Origin: Promethearchaeota archaeon
GTDB lineage: Archaea; Asgardarchaeota; Lokiarchaeia; Sigyniarchaeales; SOKP01
Reading direction: 5' to 3'
DNA: 10,242 nt
Assembly (NCBI GenBank): GCA_019058015.1
Contig: JAHLWH010000206.1
Location: 1-10,242, forward strand
Both the position numbers and the translations under genes were made by a program. Positions 1 to 6,117 of the stretch are shown here, piece after piece. Positions within the stretch are counted from its first letter, which is position 1, and each line of letters begins with the position of its first letter. The notes beneath the pieces were generated by a model. The model did no database searches and was not told the origin of the DNA. It saw only the letters and a program-made list of their open reading frames with translations.

Positions 1-2
1 TA

Positions 3-119
3 AATGATTCTAATTGGAGAAAATATGTAATAAATTGGCAAGCACCGAAAGAAAGACAATTATGTAAACGAGAGCAAAAAAATATGGGTGAGCTCTTAGA
101 TTCAATTAGTGTTTTTTAC
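3..119 (+). CDS. 3' part of an unidentified gene entering from the left edge, interrupted by the IS after position 119; the original C-terminus probably lies at 1586-1621
   Basis: The frame is open from position 3 (NDSNWRKYVINWQAPKERQLCKREQKNMGELLDSISVFY). Removing 120-1585 continues it in frame as NKNRNYNIVDV* (TGA 1619-1621). With the IS present it ends HIIGRKPLPKGSG* at 161. Confidence 0.55.
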
Positions 120-133
120 CATATTATAGGTAG

Positions 134-157
134 AAAGCCACTGCCTAAAGGTAGTGG
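134..157 (+). repeat. IS left-end guide (AAAG) and subterminal hairpin, the TnpA binding site
   Basis: 8-bp stem with one G-T pair and a 4-nt loop. It closely resembles the right-end hairpin in sequence. Confidence 0.85.
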
Positions 158-228
158 ATGAATACCAATAAATCAATAAATTAGGGAGGTTATTTAGAAT
201 AAAAAGTAATTAAGCTATACTAACACCA

Positions 229-313
229 ATGCATTACAATCGAGAACCTCACAAAGTTTATTCATTGATTTATCATTGAAGATCAAATGGGGAAACCAGC
301 TCATGAAGATTAA
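229..313 (+). pseudogene. tnpA: Internally deleted Y1 HUH transposase remnant
   Basis: 229-276 encodes MHYNREPHKVYSLIYH, matching the TnpA N-terminal H-x-V-Y-x-L-x-Y-H pattern. In another frame, 275-313 encodes IEDQMGKPAHED*, matching the C-terminal (Y)IExQ helix, and overlaps the tnpB ATG at 303. Confidence 0.8.
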
Positions 314-1466
314 TAAAGCGATTAAGATTCGTATCTATCCCAATAAATATCAACAAGAGCTATTAGACAAGACTTTTGGATGCTGTCGGTTACTTTGGAA
401 TCAGATGTTGGCGGAACGGAATGAGGTTTATCGGAGGCTTAAAGATAATCCCGAAATCCTAAGAAATTATAGATATAAAACAGAAAAAGACTATAAAACT
501 CGGTTTAAATTTATGAAAGAAGTCGACAGTAAGGCTCTACAATCCACTACTCGAAACCTCATTGAAGCTTTTAAGAACTTTTTTAATGGTTTGAAGGAAA
601 TCCGTAAGGTCGGGTACCCAAGATTCAAATCCAAGAAAAATAAACAATCGTACACGACTTACAACGTTAACAACAACATTAAAATTAATTTTGAGCAGAA
701 GCGTATCAAACTCCCAAAAATTAACATGTGGATCAAATATAGGGATGAGCGAGTCTTTGTTGAGCTGATTCGTCACGTCACCGTTTCGAAAACCAAGAGC
801 GGTAAGTATTACGTGGCAATTTTAGTTGAGCAAGAGCTTGATGTGTATCCCTTAACTCAAGTTCATGAAAATCGCATTGGAGCCTTTGACATGTCCGCTT
901 CTGAGTTTTTAGTAAGTGAAAAAGAGCATTATATTAATCCCCGTTTCTATCGAAGCGCTGAGGCGAAATTAAGACGACTACATCGACAATTATCTGGTAA
1001 AAAGAAAGGATCGAAGAATCAATGGAAAGCACGTCTTCGGTTAGTACGCTATTATGAAAAAATTTATAAAAGAAAATACGATTGGGTTCATAAAAAAACT
1101 CTTGATCTTTCTCAAAGGCATGATGCGGTGATCTTGGAGGATCTCAATATTCGAGGAATGCAAAAATTTAATGGGGGATTATCCAAATCAGTTTCATTAG
1201 ATTTTTCATGGCATCAATTCAAGACTTTATTGGAATATAAGCTAAGATGGCGAGGAAAACATTATCAAGAAGTAGATCGGTTTTTTCCTTCAAGTAAAAT
1301 GTGTTCTGTCTGCGGTCATAAAAATGAGAACTTAACATTAGCAGATCGAGAATGGATTTGTCCCAAATGCGGCACTCAACACCAGCGGGATGAAAATGCT
1401 TCGGTGAATCTTAAGATGGAAGGAATACGCCTCTTACAAGAGAAAGATATCGTGGTCATTAGATGA
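303..1466 (+). CDS. tnpB: RNA-guided endonuclease TnpB (IS200/IS605 OrfB), about 387 aa
   Basis: N-terminal HTH (KAIKIRIYPNKYQQELLDKTFGCCRLLWN) and GYPRFKSKK. RuvC-I is GAFDMS, RuvC-II is VILEDL, the zinc finger is CSVC...CPKC and RuvC-III is RDENASVNL. ATG 303 is preferred over TTG 276, which lies inside the tnpA remnant. Confidence 0.95.
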   Translation: MKINKAIKIRIYPNKYQQELLDKTFGCCRLLWNQMLAERNEVYRRLKDNPEILRNYRYKTEKDYKTRFKFMKEVDSKALQSTTRNLIEAFKNFFNGLKEIRKVGYPRFKSKKNKQSYTTYNVNNNIKINFEQKRIKLPKINMWIKYRDERVFVELIRHVTVSKTKSGKYYVAILVEQELDVYPLTQVHENRIGAFDMSASEFLVSEKEHYINPRFYRSAEAKLRRLHRQLSGKKKGSKNQWKARLRLVRYYEKIYKRKYDWVHKKTLDLSQRHDAVILEDLNIRGMQKFNGGLSKSVSLDFSWHQFKTLLEYKLRWRGKHYQEVDRFFPSSKMCSVCGHKNENLTLADREWICPKCGTQHQRDENASVNLKMEGIRLLQEKDIVVIR

Positions 1467-1605
1467 TAACTCACCTACCGTGGGAACCACGGGAAGTCAC
1501 GCTTGTGGAGATCGTGTAAGACGTCCTTTTGGATGCAGTGGTCGAAGAAACAAGAATCCATCACCTGAAGGTGATGGTAGTTCAAAATAAAAACAGAAAT
1601 TATAA
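1467..1605 (+). ncRNA. Predicted TnpB omegaRNA (reRNA): scaffold to 1585 plus a guide of about 16-20 nt from the flank (AATAAAAACAGAAATTATAA)
   Basis: GC-richer structured tract after tnpB. It has the hairpin CCGTGG-GAA-CCACGG (1478-1492), complementary CTTGT/ACAAG segments, CGTCC-TTTT-GGATG and the terminal right-end hairpin. The 5' boundary is uncertain and may extend into tnpB. Confidence 0.75.
1554..1585 (+). repeat. IS right-end guide (GAAT), hairpin and cleavage site (TCAA)
   Basis: GAAT-CCATCACC-TGAA-GGTGATGG-TAGT-TCAA, with a perfect 8-bp stem. Confidence 0.9.
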
Positions 1606-1633
1606 CATAGTTGATGTATGAAATAAATTTTGC

Positions 1634-1656
1634 ATATTCAAAACTTCTTTGAATAT
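1634..1656. terminator. Possible hairpin or operator between convergent genes
   Basis: ATATTCAAA-ACTTC-TTTGAATAT is a perfect 9-bp inverted repeat just after the reconstructed stop at 1621. It is AT-rich, so it could be chance. Confidence 0.25.
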
Positions 1657-1710
1657 TATTTCAAATTAGAGAAATAAATATAAAAATATATTTTTTTAGA
1701 TTTATATCGG

Positions 1711-1846
1711 TTATTTCACGAAAAATTATCAATATTACTAAATTACAAATTCCTATGCTTTAAGATTTTCCTATAATTTTATTCAAGATTAGGCATTTTA
1801 TTGTATATTTCTTCCATTATATCTCTTAGAAAAATGATAAATTTAT
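1711..1846. repeat. 136-bp direct repeat, copy 1: an orphan copy of the abiEii 3' end and its downstream DNA
   Basis: Identical to 4320-4455 except G1836 versus A4445. Its edge overlaps the stop codon of the PIN gene (1843-1845). Confidence 0.95.
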
Positions 1847-2271
1847 ACTGGATTATCAAAAGCGAGTAGACCTAAATGATCAAAAGAAAAAAATCTTTTA
1901 TCATACGTCAATAGATAATTAGGTTCAATAACAAAATAAAATGAAAAGATAATTGAATCAACTACGCTTAAATCTTCATATTTTTTAAATACCCTTATCG
2001 CTTCATTAAACAAATCTTTAGAGGTATAAAATATATCAATTCTTCTATCGTTCTGGAACAATTCAATTACTTCATTGATAGATTTAGGAAAATTTCTTCC
2101 TTTTCTTTTTAGAAAAGTTAATGTTTCAGAAATTATAAAATCGTTAATTATTATTTTTACATTATCTTGTTCTCCAAGCCAATCAAAAAAATATTTACCT
2201 TTTTGATGATATTTATCTTTTTTAAGATAAACTGCAATCCATACACATGAATCTACTATGATTTTCTTCAT
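1843..2271 (-). CDS. vapC: PIN-domain ribonuclease, VapC-type toxin
   Basis: 142 aa with the canonical acidic tetrad in IIVDSCVWIA, IISETLTFL, LSVVDSII and LLTYDKRF. Confidence 0.9.
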   Translation of the reverse strand: MKKIIVDSCVWIAVYLKKDKYHQKGKYFFDWLGEQDNVKIIINDFIISETLTFLKRKGRNFPKSINEVIELFQNDRRIDIFYTSKDLFNEAIRVFKKYEDLSVVDSIIFSFYFVIEPNYLLTYDKRFFSFDHLGLLAFDNPV

Positions 2272-2301
2272 TTGTTTTTAATAACGTATTTTTTGTATAG
2301 A

Positions 2302-3078
2302 TTAAGTAATGAAGTCATGGTCTAATGCTCCATCAGTCTCATCTTCTGAATCAATCAATCCAACAAAATTTCTTAAATTATATTTTATTAGGTGTTCTTT
2401 TTCCATTTTCTCTAATTTTATTTTCTTTAATCTTTTTATCAGTTCAAGGTCTAATTCAGTTTTCTTTTTATTAATTTTTTTTAGTATTTTAGCCGGTTCT
2501 TTTATCTCATTTATTTCTAAGGATGAATATTCATCAATTTTTTTAATTTCTGACGTAGGATCTATTATTGAATTATTTGAAATTAATCCTTTAAAAAATA
2601 AGAAATAGGAATTATCTTTGAAATCCAAATCGAATTCGGAAACTTCTTTTTCATCCTGTAAATCTTTTATTTTTTCAAATTCTCTCTTCCTAAATGAATT
2701 AGTATTAATTTCTTCTTGTATTTTTAAATTTTTAAAATATAAATCACTTGAGGAATGAAAATCCGAAAGTTTATCAACATCATTAAGTATTCCTTTTATT
2801 ATTTTATATTTATTGATCTTTTTTTCTTTATCAAACTTCTCATCAAATAAATCTTTACCTTTTTTGGAAGATCTTCTACGAATAAGTTCCAATTTTTTCT
2901 TTTTGAATCTATCTAAACGATATGATAAATCTAAATCTTTAATTATTTGAAAATACGTTTCTATTATCAGATCTCCAATATTATTGATAATTTCATTGGT
3001 GGAATGTTCAGGATTCATGTCTTTTAAAAATCCAAAAATATCAATAATGTTGTCATTTACAGAACCTGATTCTGTCAT
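2302..3078 (-). CDS. Hypothetical highly charged protein (258 aa) with a VapB-like acidic C-terminal tail; possible extended antitoxin
   Basis: Long ORF with an ATGA overlap with the upstream gene (3075-3078) and GGAGG upstream of the start. It ends 30 nt before vapC. The C-terminus LRNFVGLIDSEDETDGALDHDFIT resembles archaeal antitoxin tails (recalled pattern, not searched). Confidence 0.7.
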   Translation of the reverse strand: MTESGSVNDNIIDIFGFLKDMNPEHSTNEIINNIGDLIIETYFQIIKDLDLSYRLDRFKKKKLELIRRRSSKKGKDLFDEKFDKEKKINKYKIIKGILNDVDKLSDFHSSSDLYFKNLKIQEEINTNSFRKREFEKIKDLQDEKEVSEFDLDFKDNSYFLFFKGLISNNSIIDPTSEIKKIDEYSSLEINEIKEPAKILKKINKKKTELDLELIKRLKKIKLEKMEKEHLIKYNLRNFVGLIDSEDETDGALDHDFIT

Positions 3079-3959
3079 TTATTTTCTCCCTCCAATTTTG
3101 AGGATATCAAATCAGATACCATTTCCCTTAAATCTTCTTTAACTATTTCAGGCATTGAAAAAGATTTTTCGATAAATTGGGGCTTTGGAAGTTCTAATAA
3201 CCGAATAAACATAAATCTCCATTCTCTACATACTTCAAAAATTAAATTGACTGTGGATTTTATATATTCATCGTTAATTTCAAATGATTCTATATTATTT
3301 GTTAGTTTTTCTTTATATTCAAAATATAATTTTTTCCATTTTTCTATTTTGCTTTCTGAAATTAAAATATACCTAAAATATTCTGAGAGTCTTCCAAAGA
3401 AACTCAAAAGCGTTTTTAATATTAATTGTTGACTTACAAAGCCAAAAGTTCTAATTATTCGGTTAAATTCACTTAAAATTCCATAAACTAAAACATCTAA
3501 GTTATGTGGCATCTCTTGATTTTTAATTTCGTCTTTAAAGGTATTTAATATGTATTTTGTGATATAAATTGAAAATGATTTATTTTCTTCATAAACTTCC
3601 ATCTCAGAAGTAATAATTTTTCTGAATTCATTATAATATTCGGAATATTTGCTTAAAATATAATTGATATCTGACTCATTTTTATTTTCTAGAAAATCCT
3701 CAACCATATTATGTAGATTTTCCTTGGCATCATCCAGAGCTATTTTTTTATTTTCAAAGAATCGATAATCGAAGGTAACATCCTTAAGGATAGTTCCAAT
3801 TAATGTATATTTTTTAGACTCTAAAATTACAGCGTCAGTTATTAAACGATTAGATATTATATTGCAAAAACCATAATCGTTCTTTTCTAATCCCTTTAAA
3901 TAAGACTTTAAGTCTTCTATTAGAATATTATTATAAATATTAATCAATTCATTTGACAT
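3075..3959 (-). CDS. Hypothetical protein (294 aa), probably mostly alpha-helical; first gene of the three-gene unit
   Basis: An ORF this long is unlikely by chance in such AT-rich DNA, and it is translationally coupled to the next gene. No catalytic motif was recognised. Confidence 0.75.
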   Translation of the reverse strand: MSNELINIYNNILIEDLKSYLKGLEKNDYGFCNIISNRLITDAVILESKKYTLIGTILKDVTFDYRFFENKKIALDDAKENLHNMVEDFLENKNESDINYILSKYSEYYNEFRKIITSEMEVYEENKSFSIYITKYILNTFKDEIKNQEMPHNLDVLVYGILSEFNRIIRTFGFVSQQLILKTLLSFFGRLSEYFRYILISESKIEKWKKLYFEYKEKLTNNIESFEINDEYIKSTVNLIFEVCREWRFMFIRLLELPKPQFIEKSFSMPEIVKEDLREMVSDLISSKLEGENK

Positions 3960-4319
3960 TTTTAATTATTCTTATTTTTAAATACTATTTTTAATAAAAA
4001 TGTCGTTATTTAAAAATTTAATTTGATTTTGACTTAATTTTACTTTGATAATTAGTATTATCAAATATAAATCAATTTTTTTTGTTGTTTTTATTTTATT
4101 ATGTTAAAATTAAATTAATGTATTTTTTATTAAATATTATAACTGAAATTAAAAAATCTTAGATTTGTTTTAAGATTTTGAAAATTTCCCAAAAAGTATA
4201 ATTTTACGGAAAAATGTTTATCTTCGAAGAAATTCAAGATTTTTATTATTAAATATTTAAATTTCAGTTAAATTATAATTCGCATCATGACATTGATATA
4301 AAATGAAACATAATAACAA

Positions 4320-4455
4320 TTATTTCACGAAAAATTATCAATATTACTAAATTACAAATTCCTATGCTTTAAGATTTTCCTATAATTTTATTCAAGATTA
4401 GGCATTTTATTGTATATTTCTTCCATTATATCTCTTAGAAAAATAATAAATTTAT
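4320..4455. repeat. 136-bp direct repeat, copy 2, containing the last ~21 codons and stop of abiEii plus 68 bp downstream
   Basis: Matches 1711-1846 at a constant offset of 2609 with a single mismatch. Confidence 0.95.
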
Positions 4456-5332
4456 CAATAAAATCATAAAATTCTGTATCATCAATTTTTATAAGTAATA
4501 ATTTTTTTTCTTCACCCCATTCGAAAATATCTCCTGAAATAATCATTTTTTTATTTTCTTTTAAATTTTTTTTGTATTTTTCATAGAGATTTAAGGAAAA
4601 TAAAGTCTTTTTGATAATGTAGTTTCTTATCTTTTTAAAATCAATTGGATTCTTTTTTAGTATAATATATATATCGATAAAATCTCCAGGTTTTGGACTC
4701 ATTCTTGTAAGAATAGCCCTAACTTTTTCGCAAAATATTTCTCTAATATTATATATTGGAAATGTTATTATTTTCGAGAATTCTTTAACCTCATAGGGAT
4801 ATAAAAATTTAAGCTCTTTATTTTCTGGAATTATACTTTGTAGTTTTCCTAATTTAGGTTTAAATTTTAGACATTCAATAAAATTAATTTGGATTTTTAT
4901 ATACATTTCAATATTTAAAATTTCAGAGATGAAATATAATTTAAAAGAAACCATTTTATTTCCACCACCAAATTCAAAATATCTTTCATTAGATTTATTA
5001 GCAACAAAATCCAAATTGTTTTTTTTACATATCTCTTCAATTATTAGGGCAATTTTGTCAATTAATCCGGACAAATCTCTTCTTAATTGATTTGCTGATT
5101 TATTTTTAAATACATTTTGATTTCTCCATGTAAAATCTATATCCTTAGAGAATCTATAATAATCAAAATAATTTTTTATTAGGCATGTTCCACCCTTAAA
5201 TAAAAAATTTCTACAAAAAAATTCATTTTGAGAAAGTGCAAAAAGAAGTTTGCTAAGTAATAAATCTACTTCTATTAATTCTCTATGTTCATTCTTCAGT
5301 AATTTACTTAATTCATCAATAAATTTCTTCAA
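4388..5332 (-). CDS. abiEii: AbiEii/AbiGii-family nucleotidyltransferase toxin (type IV TA, DUF1814-like)
   Basis: Motifs FLFKGGTCL, YYRFSKDIDF and EIFCEKVRAILTR...DFIDIY. The TTG start overlaps the abiEi TGA stop (TTGA, 5329-5332). Confidence 0.9.
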   Translation of the reverse strand: MKKFIDELSKLLKNEHRELIEVDLLLSKLLFALSQNEFFCRNFLFKGGTCLIKNYFDYYRFSKDIDFTWRNQNVFKNKSANQLRRDLSGLIDKIALIIEEICKKNNLDFVANKSNERYFEFGGGNKMVSFKLYFISEILNIEMYIKIQINFIECLKFKPKLGKLQSIIPENKELKFLYPYEVKEFSKIITFPIYNIREIFCEKVRAILTRMSPKPGDFIDIYIILKKNPIDFKKIRNYIIKKTLFSLNLYEKYKKNLKENKKMIISGDIFEWGEEKKLLLIKIDDTEFYDFIDKFIIFLRDIMEEIYNKMPNLE

Positions 5333-5958
5333 AATATTTCCTCAATTATATTCTTTACTGAATTAGGATAATTTTTAATATAATTTTTAATTTTTTTTTC
5401 TGATATATTTTTTAAATATTCAGATAAATCAATTATAATCTTTTTTCTAGGTTTGCTATTATATACCCAGAGATAAATAAAATCAAGAATAGTTTTTTCT
5501 AAGTCTGAATATCTAAATCCATTCTCTATTATTCCAAAATTGAATAAATTAGGTTTTAATTTTATAAATTTGAATTTGATACTGTTAATGTTTATTGGTT
5601 TATTTCTATACAAATTCTCACTTATAATATAATTTATAGTGAAATATTCGTGAGTCATATTATTTAATTTTAAAGCTGTATATAGACCAAAGTACCAATT
5701 CTTTATACCTTTTAAATCAAGACCTTTCGAAACAAGTTCTAAATTAGAATATTTTTTTAAGCCAAATTTCAATTCTTCTAAATTTTTAACATAAAAAATT
5801 CCTCTAAAAATTCTTAAAAGATATCCTCTCGAAATAAAATACCGAATTATATTATTATAATTTAAATTGAAATATTCGCAGTATTCTATAATTTCACTGG
5901 ATTTTATGAATTCTTTACCTTCAATATAAAACTTTTTTAAAAGAAATGTAGATTTCAT
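5329..5958 (-). CDS. abiEi: AbiEi-family antitoxin / transcriptional regulator (type IV TA)
   Basis: N-terminal wHTH ending GYLLRIFRGIFYV, then WYFGLYTALKLNNMT and YSDLEKTILDFIY. It is coupled to the downstream nucleotidyltransferase. Confidence 0.85.
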   Translation of the reverse strand: MKSTFLLKKFYIEGKEFIKSSEIIEYCEYFNLNYNNIIRYFISRGYLLRIFRGIFYVKNLEELKFGLKKYSNLELVSKGLDLKGIKNWYFGLYTALKLNNMTHEYFTINYIISENLYRNKPININSIKFKFIKLKPNLFNFGIIENGFRYSDLEKTILDFIYLWVYNSKPRKKIIIDLSEYLKNISEKKIKNYIKNYPNSVKNIIEEIF

Positions 5959-6001
5959 TTATATCACAATGTTATATTTTTTATTACATTATGATATAAA
6001 T
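5957..6001. promoter_or_regulatory. 20-bp inverted repeat, putative AbiEi autoregulatory operator
   Basis: ATTTATATCACAATGTTATA (5957-5976) matches the reverse complement of 5982-6001 (ATTTATATCATAATGTAATA) at 18/20 positions with a 5-nt spacer. It abuts the abiEi start codon and overlaps TATA-like TTTATA elements on the minus strand. Confidence 0.7.
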
Positions 6002-6117
6002 ATAAATTTTTTGATATAAATATATTTAATTTAATATTAATGATACAAAATTTTTAGTAATATTTTATGCAAAATATCAAAAATTAAAGGAAAATTCACT
6101 TTATTTAAATTATTGAA

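Larger units (their letters stand above)
120..1585 (+). mobile_element. IS200/IS605-family insertion sequence, non-autonomous (tnpA deleted, tnpB retained)
   Basis: Left end: TTAC (116-119), then AAAG (134-137) and the hairpin CCACTGCC-TAAA-GGTAGTGG (138-157). Right end: GAAT (1554-1557), the perfect hairpin CCATCACC-TGAA-GGTGATGG (1558-1577), then TCAA (1582-1585). These are the same cleavage/guide tetranucleotides as IS608. There is no target duplication, as expected for this family. Confidence 0.9.

Noticed and set aside
185-190. Shine-Dalgarno-like GGAGGT inside the IS left region
   Set aside because: It is about 40 nt from the tnpA ATG and no suitable start codon follows it.
276-302. 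TTG start and N-terminal extension of TnpB given by the ORF track
   Set aside because: It lies within the tnpA remnant. The TnpB-like sequence begins at ATG 303.
537-776. 79-aa minus-strand ORF
   Set aside because: Antisense shadow of tnpB with no recognisable motif.
1700-1708. ATTTATATC, resembling the AbiEi operator half-site, beside repeat copy 1 (also TGATATAAA near 4294)
   Set aside because: Short and AT-only apart from one base. The same word also occurs inside a coding region near 3560, so chance is likely.
2309-3432. Plus-strand ORFs 2309-2608 and 3247-3432 rich in F/S/I/L
   Set aside because: Antisense shadows of Lys/Glu-rich genes. Their hydrophobicity is a codon artefact.
1711-4455. 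CRISPR array or IS target-site duplication as an explanation for the direct repeat
   Set aside because: There are only two copies, 136 bp long and 2.6 kb apart, with no spacers, cas genes, terminal inverted repeats or transposase.
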